Shown piece after piece: positions 16,522-24,962 of a stretch of 44,231 nt of DNA. The first letter of the stretch is position 1. The number at the start of each line of letters is the position of its first letter. The stretch covers positions 1 through 44,231 of the forward strand of contig CAYWEP010000001.1 in assembly GCA_964457405.1 (NCBI GenBank), given 5' to 3'. Below the pieces are notes generated by a model. It made no database searches. It was not told where the DNA came from and saw only the letters and a list, made by a program, of their open reading frames with translations. Made by a program: the position numbers and the translations under genes. This DNA is from an uncultured Gammaproteobacteria bacterium (GTDB lineage Bacteria; Patescibacteriota; Microgenomatia; Levybacterales; UBA12049).

Positions 16522-17508
16522 ATGAATCATAATGTAAATCGAGTTGGCCTGGGAACATACCCTTTTTCTGGTGTCTATGGTCCAATTTCACCAGAACTAG
16601 CCAAACTGATAGTTATGCAGTTTATTGAAAAGAAAGGGTATTATATAGATACAGCACCGGTTTATGGATTCGGGCAGGTCGAAACACTACTTGGAGAAGC
16701 ACTCCGTGACTATTCAAGAGAAAGCTATTATATCGCAACAAAATGTGGATATATTGACGTTGAAGGAAAAACCTTTCGGTCGGTGCAAAAATCGGCAAAG
16801 TATAAAGACATAATTGCTGAATGCGAAAAATCTCTTAACAGGCTCCACACTGACTATATTGACCTCTATTTCGTTCATTGGCCAGATCCAAATACTCCAT
16901 TCGATGAAACAATGAAAGCTCTTCTAAAACTACGGGCTGATGGCAAAATACGAGAGATAGGAGTATCAAATGTAAACTTAGAAGAACTTCAACGGTATAA
17001 CAAGGGAGGTGCGGTCAGATTTGTGCAGAACCGGTTCAGCCTTTTAAACAGAAGTATTTCGAAAGAATTCGAAGAATATATGATCGATCATTCTATACAG
17101 CTTGTGCCTTATCAAGTTATTGATCGCGGTCAACTAACGGGCACGGTATTTGAGAGAATCGGGAACCTTCGTGACGGTGATATTCGGAATGGCAGAAGTG
17201 ATTGGCAACCAGAAAAGTTAGAAGTTATATCAGGCTGGGTAAAAACTTCGCTATCACCCATTGCTAGGCGATTAGGCATTACCCTTGGTCAACTGTCAAT
17301 CGCATGGGCATTACATCAAAAATATCTGGGCTTTGTAATAGTTGGATTGACAAACCCTGAATACATTAAAATCAATCTAAAGGCAAACTCAATTACATTA
17401 AGTAGAGAGATAATTGAGGAAGTAGATGAGGCATATAAAAAGCTCGAAAGCACTATTCAATCACTGTACAAACAGTCAATACGAGAATTTAGGGGCCTGT
17501 CTGACTAG
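16522..17508 (+). CDS. Aldo/keto reductase family oxidoreductase
   Basis: 328 aa. 'GLGTYPFSG', 'YIDTAPVYGFGQVETLLGEAL', 'IDLYFVHWPD' and 'IREIGVSNV' are standard AKR motifs. Confidence 0.85.
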   Translation: MNHNVNRVGLGTYPFSGVYGPISPELAKLIVMQFIEKKGYYIDTAPVYGFGQVETLLGEALRDYSRESYYIATKCGYIDVEGKTFRSVQKSAKYKDIIAECEKSLNRLHTDYIDLYFVHWPDPNTPFDETMKALLKLRADGKIREIGVSNVNLEELQRYNKGGAVRFVQNRFSLLNRSISKEFEEYMIDHSIQLVPYQVIDRGQLTGTVFERIGNLRDGDIRNGRSDWQPEKLEVISGWVKTSLSPIARRLGITLGQLSIAWALHQKYLGFVIVGLTNPEYIKINLKANSITLSREIIEEVDEAYKKLESTIQSLYKQSIREFRGLSD

Positions 17509-18565
17509 ACATCTTATACAATGCTTCAAAAAATGTACTCTGAATTGGGTGATGGCGCTGAAAAATTGTGCGCCACTTTTTAGGAATAGGATACTCTTTT
17601 TGTGTAATATGATCGTTATCTTTTGTACGGGATCTTAGCCATTGCTTCGTATAAAAATACCCCTTCGTCAAACGATCAACATGAGCAATATAATTTCGTA
17701 TCTGTTTACGCGTCATTTCATGGAATGAACTCACGGTAAGAATATGATCGAAATATTTTTCAGGCAGATATTCAATCTGATGAGCCATAAGAAATCTTAT
17801 CTTCGCAGACTCGAACTCATTTTTAACTTTCTTAAACGATCCGAATGGTCTAAAGTAAAAAATTTTCTCTCCAAAAAAGACTTTTGACAAATAATCCTGC
17901 GATATAAAAAGGGCTGGCGGAATATCTATGATAGTATAAGAAATTTTCGGAATCGCTTTGAGAAATACATAGGCCAGCCTTCCGTACCCCGCACCGATCT
18001 CGGCTACATCCATACGCTTATTTAAGTCAATTTCTTTCGTTATGCTGTAAAACTCGTGAACAGAATTACATAAGTCCTGAGAGAGAGATCTTTTTTTATA
18101 AGCGACAAGAAAGGGATTACCGATAAGCGGCTCTTCTATTTTGCTTAAGATTTTTAGAATGTCCTCTCGGGAAACGTACTCCCATAGCGAGGCGATAAAA
18201 ATTTTATATATCAGCGCAGAGACTATACCAAACGATTCCGCATATATAATGCGAAGAAATAAATTAGGGGATTCCTTATCAAAACGCATCTCGCTTCTTG
18301 GGTTAATAAAATGACTTTCAAAAATTGGCGCAAAATTTCTTCTTCTCATCTCTAAAAGAATCGGTGATAATTGATGTCTTAGGATACCTAAAATTCCCCA
18401 ATTAAAATACTTCAAGTTAATCGATCTTTTAAAATTATCCAAACCACCAGAAAACAGTCGTTGCGTATGAGTTCTTCCTGCCTCTATCCAATAATTTGAG
18501 GGCTGATACACCTCTGGTGCTTTTTTGAGTTCCTCTAGCATTTCTGTCAATACCTTTTTATTCAT
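17489..18565 (-). CDS. Putative sugar O-methyltransferase (class I SAM fold)
   Basis: 358 aa. The N-terminal 'YQPSNYW' and motif I 'VAEIGAGYGRLAYVFLKAIPKISYTIIDIPP' match my recollection of the family annotated as 'putative sugar O-methyltransferase' (NCBIfam TIGR04371-like). This is recalled, not searched. Its 3' end overlaps the AKR gene by 20 nt. Confidence 0.6.
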   Translation of the reverse strand: MNKKVLTEMLEELKKAPEVYQPSNYWIEAGRTHTQRLFSGGLDNFKRSINLKYFNWGILGILRHQLSPILLEMRRRNFAPIFESHFINPRSEMRFDKESPNLFLRIIYAESFGIVSALIYKIFIASLWEYVSREDILKILSKIEEPLIGNPFLVAYKKRSLSQDLCNSVHEFYSITKEIDLNKRMDVAEIGAGYGRLAYVFLKAIPKISYTIIDIPPALFISQDYLSKVFFGEKIFYFRPFGSFKKVKNEFESAKIRFLMAHQIEYLPEKYFDHILTVSSFHEMTRKQIRNYIAHVDRLTKGYFYTKQWLRSRTKDNDHITQKEYPIPKKWRTIFQRHHPIQSTFFEALYKMSSQTGP

Positions 18566-18580
18566 AGGGGTGATGACTTG

Positions 18581-19282
18581 TTATGTTATCCAAATTTTCC
18601 AAATGTAGTAGAATTTTCGTATCGCCCACCAGGCTTTCTTTGTAAAGGTTCCGGAAACAGATGAAATACCAATGCGTGATCGAAAATGAATTGGGATCTC
18701 AATAAAATTAACGTTTCCTTTAGCTGCAACCAACACCCATTCTGTTGCAAAAATTCCATCTGCAGAATTACATTCTGTGGAAATATGCTCCCATGCTTTT
18801 TTAGAAGTTAGTCTAAGTGTACACCCAAGATCTGTAAGCGGAGAACACGCATATAGATACGTAACGACTTTTGCAAGAAAGACGTCAAGAATTCTTTTAA
18901 TATATGACATATCAGAATCCTTGTGGACAAGCGAAAGATGAGTTCTCGATCCAAAAACCATAGGAAAATCGTCACTATAGGCAAGGAGCTTGATGACATC
19001 ACGACCGTCAAAGGAACCATCTGGCTCAGCGACAATCAAAAGATCACCCTTCGATGACGCCAGTCCCTTTCGAATGGCATGACCATAGCCTTGCCGATTT
19101 TCATGAACTAGAATTGCCCGAGTTTTTTTCACTTCCTCTCTGGTTCCTTTTTCCGCGTTATTATCAACAACGATAATTTCATCAACATAACCCGTGCCAT
19201 CAAACTCCTCTATTAATTTCCGTATTGACTTTTTTTCCCTGTAGGTGGGGAATATAACGCTGACTTTTTTTGATTTCCACAT
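18581..19282 (-). CDS. Glycosyltransferase family 2, Dpm1-like (candidate polyprenol-phosphate sugar synthase), soluble form
   Basis: 233 aa. Motifs seen: 'VSVIFPTYREKKSIRKLI', 'IIVVDNNAEKGT', 'NRQGYGHAIRKG', 'VAEPDGSFDG' (DxD-equivalent region) and 'VFGSR'. Confidence 0.8.
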   Translation of the reverse strand: MWKSKKVSVIFPTYREKKSIRKLIEEFDGTGYVDEIIVVDNNAEKGTREEVKKTRAILVHENRQGYGHAIRKGLASSKGDLLIVAEPDGSFDGRDVIKLLAYSDDFPMVFGSRTHLSLVHKDSDMSYIKRILDVFLAKVVTYLYACSPLTDLGCTLRLTSKKAWEHISTECNSADGIFATEWVLVAAKGNVNFIEIPIHFRSRIGISSVSGTFTKKAWWAIRKFYYIWKIWIT

Positions 19283-19283
19283 A

Positions 19284-20753
19284 TTACTTTACTTTGGTTT
19301 CTTTTACACAGTTGCAGGCGGCATCATACGCTATCGTTAAAACATGTTCATAGTCCGGTATTTTAGTTTTCCAATCTCTATAGGCCATGCTTTCGGTATC
19401 ATATGTGACAGTACCATTTCCGAGTTGCTCCGTAAAAAAATGAGCCTCTTGCACCCAGAATTCTGGATATGTAGCAACCACAAGCGTGCCAGGCTTGAGC
19501 ATATCACGGGTTTTTATCACATGTGAAAATAATGCCTTTGTGGATTCATTCCATTGAAATGTCCGACGGAATATATAATCGATGACAGTTACATTGATAA
19601 TATAGTACGCTATAAGGATACCGATACCGAGTAGCCTGCGAACGTCCTTGTGTCGAAGAAAAACGTACCAGGTGAATATTCCCCAAAAAATACCTAAGAA
19701 AAAGTTAGGGTAATATAAATATCTATTGGAATCTGGCACTATGACCGAGTCCAACCTGACGTACGCGTTGAGAAAAAAAATTGCTGGCACAGAAGTGATA
19801 CACGTAAGAAGGAGTGCTCTGAACTTTGGAAGGAATTTATAAAGGGTAACGAACGCGATGATGTAGACGAGCAGTACAAAAGGGATACTGGCTGCTGCAT
19901 GACGAGCGTCTATATCTCTGAGCGGACTTTCAGAAAAAAGATTGGGCAAAATAGAGCTATATTGAGACCAATGTGCAAGTTGGAGTGCAATTGCACGAAA
20001 ATAATCGTATTTGGCAGGATTTAAGACAAATTCAGTTAGCGTCCTACCTGGTCCCCAGTCTCCGTAAGTTGATCGTTGCAACAAAACTATACTTGTACTT
20101 GTAATAAAATACGCTGCTCCGATAAGTATTCCTTTCCACGTCTCTTTTTTCCAAGAACGCACCGTGCACCACCAGATAGGATAAAGTACAAAAGGAGGAG
20201 TCAGAAGAAGCGCCAAGTGACCAAGCTTAAGACCCACAAGATATAGAACCAAAGAAAATGCGAATATTTTTTTCTTTCCTGTCGTGAGAAATAAGTGGAG
20301 AAACAAAAAGCTAGCGAGTACGAATGGTATATTGGTAACGCGTTCTAGGAAAAAACAATAACAATGAGTGCCATACATATTCCAATTTCCGAAATAGCTA
20401 GTCCCTGCAATAAGTGTCGAAACAAAGGCTATACTGGAAGATTTTGTAATGACGCGTACCAAAACATAAAAAAGTAAAACAAGAAGCAATATAAATACCA
20501 ATTCAAACCATAGATAGCCGCGTATATTGGCCCCAAAGAATTTAGGTAAAATTGCTCCTAAGATAGAAGCGTCTAACTCTAATCCCGTTATCCAGTGCCG
20601 TTGACCCCAAAATCGCTGTTGTTCAGCCGCAAGCATATGAACAAATCCGTCGCTTCGAATAACAATCTCCGGCAAAAGCCGCCACGTGTATCCAGTAAGC
20701 ACAATAGATAAGAGAAGGAAAATAATGTCCAAAGACTTACCTTTAAAAAGCAT
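19284..20753 (-). CDS. Polytopic membrane protein, unassigned family 'B', paralog B2
   Basis: The ORF track start at 20786 is a GTG that overlaps the upstream gene. ATG 20753 (MLFKGKSLDIIFLLLSIVLTGYTW...) gives the same N-terminal length as paralog B3 and removes the overlap. Shared motifs are 'SDGFVH', 'HCYCFFLER', 'FLFLHLFL', 'NRYLYYPNFF' and 'FFTEQLG...CNC'. Confidence 0.5.
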   Translation of the reverse strand: MLFKGKSLDIIFLLLSIVLTGYTWRLLPEIVIRSDGFVHMLAAEQQRFWGQRHWITGLELDASILGAILPKFFGANIRGYLWFELVFILLLVLLFYVLVRVITKSSSIAFVSTLIAGTSYFGNWNMYGTHCYCFFLERVTNIPFVLASFLFLHLFLTTGKKKIFAFSLVLYLVGLKLGHLALLLTPPFVLYPIWWCTVRSWKKETWKGILIGAAYFITSTSIVLLQRSTYGDWGPGRTLTEFVLNPAKYDYFRAIALQLAHWSQYSSILPNLFSESPLRDIDARHAAASIPFVLLVYIIAFVTLYKFLPKFRALLLTCITSVPAIFFLNAYVRLDSVIVPDSNRYLYYPNFFLGIFWGIFTWYVFLRHKDVRRLLGIGILIAYYIINVTVIDYIFRRTFQWNESTKALFSHVIKTRDMLKPGTLVVATYPEFWVQEAHFFTEQLGNGTVTYDTESMAYRDWKTKIPDYEHVLTIAYDAACNCVKETKVK

Positions 20754-20764
20754 AGTTCTTATCT

Positions 20765-22255
20765 TTATTCTTTTCCTTTCAGCCACACCTCACGGAGACA
20801 GTTGCATGATCGTCTATAGTGCAAACGGACGACGTTTGTTGAAGACAATGCGGTCCGTTCCCACATGCTGGTCTCTGAAAACGTGTTTTCCTCGGACATC
20901 ACCGTTACTCCGAAAGGCTTCAGCTGTTCAGTAAAAAATGCTGCCTCATAAACACCCACTTCATCATACGGCGCAACAATTAATGTGTTTTTCGCAAATC
21001 CGCGAGCCTTCGTTTGTATATAATCATACACCAATTTTGTCGGTCGATTAAAACGCATACTCAGAAGATATGCATCTCGTATAAGAACCATATTCATGAG
21101 GACGTACCCTGCGACAAAAAGAGAGGCAACTATCCGAAATAGTTTTTTTCGACTTATTAGAAGCACCATAATAAAGAGAGTCCAAAACAAAGACAGAAAC
21201 ATCGTCGGGTAATATAAGTATCTATTGGCTCCTGCTTGGTACAGTACGTCATACTGTCCAAAAAGCGCATTTACATAAAAAATACTTATAGTGCCAAAAA
21301 CCATTGTTACTAGAAACGCTCGGTACTTTGGGAAAAAACGGAATATTATGTAGGAAACCAAGATATAGAGAGCCATAATATATGGCGTTATCGCCTCTAT
21401 GGCTCTAAAATTGTCGGTTTCCGGCTGCAATCCTTTTAATTGAAAGATATCAGCAATGAGCAAGGGATATTCCGTCCAATAGACGAATTGACGTATAATT
21501 TTTTGCGGCCAAAGATACACCTCGGGATGAAAAAAGAAGTCAACTGGCGACCACTTAAGTTGAAACCCGGATTCATGAACTCGTTGTATAAGGACAAAAA
21601 AAATGGTTATCCCAACATACGTGGCACCCAAAAGCCAATTTCTGATTCCCTTCCCTCTTTGCAAAAATAATGCCCAGCAAACGGGATAAAAGAAAAAATA
21701 GGCAGTAACAAATACGCTCCAGTGTCCCACACCAATACCCAAAAAATATAACATGAGCGAGACTATTCCGTCCCGCCTTTTTCTATTCTCTAAAAAACGA
21801 TGAAGATATACCGCCGCAGGCAACAAAAAAAGGACAGGAATAATGCGTTCGAGAAAAAAACAATAGCAATGTGAAGAGTACATACCCCAGTTGCCGAAAT
21901 AATTGGTAGCAAAAAAAACTGAGGCGATAAATGCGAAGATAGGCTTTTTAAATATCGTTATCGCGAGCCAATAAAATAATGCGTGGGTGGCCAGCATGAC
22001 AATATACGCCGTCCACCAATACAGCGCGATATTGATCCCGTAGAGTTTAGAGAAAAACCAACCAAGTGACACAGCAGACAGCTCAAACCCGGTATAAAAA
22101 AAGTCGCGACCGAAAAATTCCCGCTGTGTCTTGGATATAAGGTACACAAAACCATCTCCCCGTATGACTTGCTCTGGGATAAAACGCCATACATAGGCTG
22201 ACAGAATAAGGAGAAGGAATAGGTAGACTACATGAGTGCGCTTAGCTGCGTTCAT
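20765..22255 (-). CDS. Polytopic membrane protein, unassigned family 'B', paralog B3
   Basis: 496 aa. Shared motifs are 'GDGFVY', 'HCYCFFLER', 'YLHRFL', 'FHPEVY...QFVYWTEYP', 'NRYLYYPTMF' and 'FFTEQLK...CNC'. It lies in tandem with B2. Confidence 0.5.
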   Translation of the reverse strand: MNAAKRTHVVYLFLLLILSAYVWRFIPEQVIRGDGFVYLISKTQREFFGRDFFYTGFELSAVSLGWFFSKLYGINIALYWWTAYIVMLATHALFYWLAITIFKKPIFAFIASVFFATNYFGNWGMYSSHCYCFFLERIIPVLFLLPAAVYLHRFLENRKRRDGIVSLMLYFLGIGVGHWSVFVTAYFFFYPVCWALFLQRGKGIRNWLLGATYVGITIFFVLIQRVHESGFQLKWSPVDFFFHPEVYLWPQKIIRQFVYWTEYPLLIADIFQLKGLQPETDNFRAIEAITPYIMALYILVSYIIFRFFPKYRAFLVTMVFGTISIFYVNALFGQYDVLYQAGANRYLYYPTMFLSLFWTLFIMVLLISRKKLFRIVASLFVAGYVLMNMVLIRDAYLLSMRFNRPTKLVYDYIQTKARGFAKNTLIVAPYDEVGVYEAAFFTEQLKPFGVTVMSEENTFSETSMWERTALSSTNVVRLHYRRSCNCLREVWLKGKE

Positions 22256-23307
22256 TACAATTGGGTTTTATACCAACGAAGTGTTCGCGATAATCCTGTC
22301 TTTAAATCTATTTTTGGGGAATAGTCAAGAGCCTTTCGAATCTTTGTTAAATCTGGACACCGTCGTCGGGGTCCTTCCAAAGGATAATCTTGCGGGTAGC
22401 CAACTGATTTGATGGTGATTTTATTTAGAAAAAGTTCGCTGACCATTCGAGCTAAATTCATCATATTAACTTCAGGATAGTCATTTCCCACATTATATAC
22501 CTCTCCGTTCATTTTCGACAAAAGCACTTTGAAGAATGCGGTAACCGCGTCTGTAATGTAACAAAACGTTCGGGTTTGATTTCCGCCAACATGTACTGGA
22601 AGAGGAGCCTTTTTTAGTGCATTCGTAAGAAATGATGGTATTACTCGATAATCATCGAGTCGCATGCCCGGTCCATAGACATTAAATGGCCGCACTATTT
22701 TGACCGGTATTCCAAAACGCTGGTGATAGATAAGACTCATTGTTTCACCTAATCGCTTTGATTCATCGTAGCACGCACGTGGTCCAATTGAGGAAACATT
22801 TCCTGGATATGTTTCTGGAGTTGGTACAAAATTTGGATCAGGATCTCCGTAAACTTCACTCGATGAAAAAAATAGAAAACTCTTTACTTTTTTTTCTCGT
22901 GCCAGCTCAAGCATATTTCTCGTGCCAAGAGTTGCCACTTCGAGCGTTTCGAGCGGATACCTCATGTAATACACGGGAGAGGCAATTCCAGCAGCGTGAA
23001 TAATATAATCAATTGGTCTGTCGTACACTAATTTTGTTCGGACATCATGCTGAATAAATAAAAAGTCACTATCTTTTCCGAGAAAACTGCCATGCTGTTT
23101 TGTGCCTGTTATGTAGTTATCGACGCTGATTATTGTGCATTTTTTCTTCAAAGAACTGTTAAGATGCCACAGAGTATAAAGCAAGTATTTACCTAAAAAT
23201 CCGGATCCTCCAGTTATAAGAATGGTTTTTCCAGAAATATCACGAGCCTCATGTTTTATCTCTTTGGCAATTTTTTTTACGTCTTCTAGGATAACTCTAT
23301 TGGTCAT
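22255..23307 (-). CDS. NAD-dependent SDR of the UDP-glucuronate decarboxylase (UXS) / ArnA-C-terminal-like group, copy 1
   Basis: 350 aa. 'ILITGGSGFLGKYL', 'SSSEVYGDP', 'CYDESKRLGE' and 'RPFNVYGPGM' match the UXS-type motifs (STSEVYGDP / YDEGKR / NTYGP). The substrate cannot be told by eye. In this context it could equally be a 4-ketoreductase. Confidence 0.7.
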   Translation of the reverse strand: MTNRVILEDVKKIAKEIKHEARDISGKTILITGGSGFLGKYLLYTLWHLNSSLKKKCTIISVDNYITGTKQHGSFLGKDSDFLFIQHDVRTKLVYDRPIDYIIHAAGIASPVYYMRYPLETLEVATLGTRNMLELAREKKVKSFLFFSSSEVYGDPDPNFVPTPETYPGNVSSIGPRACYDESKRLGETMSLIYHQRFGIPVKIVRPFNVYGPGMRLDDYRVIPSFLTNALKKAPLPVHVGGNQTRTFCYITDAVTAFFKVLLSKMNGEVYNVGNDYPEVNMMNLARMVSELFLNKITIKSVGYPQDYPLEGPRRRCPDLTKIRKALDYSPKIDLKTGLSRTLRWYKTQL

Positions 23308-24545
23308 ATGACTTTCGGGGTGGGAACAGGAATGATAAATTTTCCTCCGAAATCCTTATATTTTTTATGTATAGTCATAATTGAATCTGCAAAATTCCAG
23401 GCCAAGATTAAAACATAATCTGGTTTTTGTACGTAGAGTTGTTTTGTCGCAACCACGGGAATATGAGTTCCCGGCGTAAACAAACCGACTTTAAATGGAC
23501 TATCATCAACAATAAAATCGAGTGTTTCTTTTCCTAGATGAAAGTAGTGAAGTAGCGTGGTTGATTTGGCCGGCGCTCCATACGCTGCTATACGCTTCTT
23601 CTGTTTTTTGAGCTTGGTGAGCAGCGTCGTTAAATCTGTTTTGTTTTTCCAGATTTTTTTTGCAAACACTCTATATGTGTCAATGTCATGAAGCTTCATG
23701 CGCTCCTCCAGGTCGAGAAACCTCTGCACTGACTTCTTCGTAGTGAATTTCGCGCCTTCTAGGCATACGAACAGTCTTACCGACCCGCCGTGAACCGGTG
23801 TTTTGACAACATCGAAAATCCGCATGCCGAAACGCCGAAAAAACCGGGCAAGCGGCCGGAGAGAGAGATACGAAAGGTGTTCATGATACACGATGTCAAA
23901 TAATTTTTTTTCAACCATGTCTCCGTTATACGGTGCCTCTATGACAAAGACGCCTTCGTTGTCAAGAAGCTCATGGACGGCGCGCATTATCTCATCCAAA
24001 TCATGAATGTGTGCAAATACATTGTTGGCCGTGATGACAGCTGCCTTCCCATGCTTTTTTGCAATGCGTTTGGCCACATTGACGTTGAAAAAACTGGATA
24101 ACGTTGGAATTCCTTCACGGGTGGCGCGGGCCGCAACATTTCTAGCAGGATCTACTCCCAAAACTTTTGCCCCCAAAGCCTTAAACGGCCGCAGCAGTAC
24201 CCCATCGTTACTTCCCATTTCCACGACTAAATCACCCTTTTTCAGCTGGAAACGCGAAAAAACCGAACGCGCGTACTCTTCAAAATGAGCGACCGTCACT
24301 TTTGACGTCGACGATACCCAGACGTAGTGACGAAAGAGAATCTCCGGATTAACCACATGGCTTAATTGGAGCTGCCCGCAGCGAGTACAAAAATTTACCT
24401 TGAGCGGAAAAAAATCCTCTGCCTTACGAAGCTCGCTTTTTTTCAGAAATGAATTTGCCGGCGGCGTTTGGCCGAAATCAAGCACTTGGTGAAGCTTTGA
24501 ATTTCCGCATAGCCGACAGGAGGTAGTGACCGTGACTTTTTCCAT
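23304..24545 (-). CDS. NDP-hexose C-methyltransferase (TylC3/NovU-like; zinc-binding N-domain plus class I MT plus C-methyltransferase C-domain)
   Basis: 413 aa. The N-terminal Cys pairs 'CRLCGNSKL' ... 'CTRCGQLQL' are followed by 'VVEMGSNDGVLL'. The long C-terminal domain ('AAYGAPAKSTTLL', 'FIVDDSPFKVGLFTPGTHIPV') matches the layout I associate with Pfam Methyltransf_13/_14 sugar C-methyltransferases. Confidence 0.8.
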   Translation of the reverse strand: MEKVTVTTSCRLCGNSKLHQVLDFGQTPPANSFLKKSELRKAEDFFPLKVNFCTRCGQLQLSHVVNPEILFRHYVWVSSTSKVTVAHFEEYARSVFSRFQLKKGDLVVEMGSNDGVLLRPFKALGAKVLGVDPARNVAARATREGIPTLSSFFNVNVAKRIAKKHGKAAVITANNVFAHIHDLDEIMRAVHELLDNEGVFVIEAPYNGDMVEKKLFDIVYHEHLSYLSLRPLARFFRRFGMRIFDVVKTPVHGGSVRLFVCLEGAKFTTKKSVQRFLDLEERMKLHDIDTYRVFAKKIWKNKTDLTTLLTKLKKQKKRIAAYGAPAKSTTLLHYFHLGKETLDFIVDDSPFKVGLFTPGTHIPVVATKQLYVQKPDYVLILAWNFADSIMTIHKKYKDFGGKFIIPVPTPKVI

Positions 24546-24560
24546 TTTCCATTTGTATCA

Positions 24561-24953
24561 TTACGGGACAATCGTGACGCGCATGGTATCTTCCTCGTAG
24601 GCATCCTGTTTTCGCTTCTCCGTGGTAAAAGCATACAACACAGTGTCTTCCAAAAATTTCACGGCATGAACGATGTCGGGACCCGTGTAAACTAAATCAC
24701 CGGGTCCCAGAACAACCATTTCTATTTTTGCCTTCGGGTCATTTGCAGGCTTTTCGGAATATTCACACTTTCCGCTTTCCACATAAAGGCAATGGGAATC
24801 CCTCTTGTGATAGTGGTTGGACCGTACGGTTCCGGCTTTGCTCGTGATACGCAGGACAACGCGAAAAACAAAACCGTCCTGATCAACAACTCGGGCAATG
24901 CCGCCCCGGTCGTCGACAAATTCGTCCGTAACATGCGTCACACGGATAGCCAT
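24561..24953 (-). CDS. Small cupin-fold protein, probable NDP-4-keto-6-deoxyhexose isomerase/epimerase (FdtA/WxcM-C-like)
   Basis: The ORF track start at 24959 is a TTG; the first ATG is at 24953 (MAIRVTHV...). 'DDRGGIARVV' and 'GTVRSNHYHKRDSHCLYVESG' resemble the DERGxL / RGxHxHK pattern of sugar ketoisomerase or epimerase cupins. The gene sits directly between the 4,6-dehydratase and the C-methyltransferase. Confidence 0.5.
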   Translation of the reverse strand: MAIRVTHVTDEFVDDRGGIARVVDQDGFVFRVVLRITSKAGTVRSNHYHKRDSHCLYVESGKCEYSEKPANDPKAKIEMVVLGPGDLVYTGPDIVHAVKFLEDTVLYAFTTEKRKQDAYEEDTMRVTIVP

Positions 24954-24962
24954 AGGCAATCA

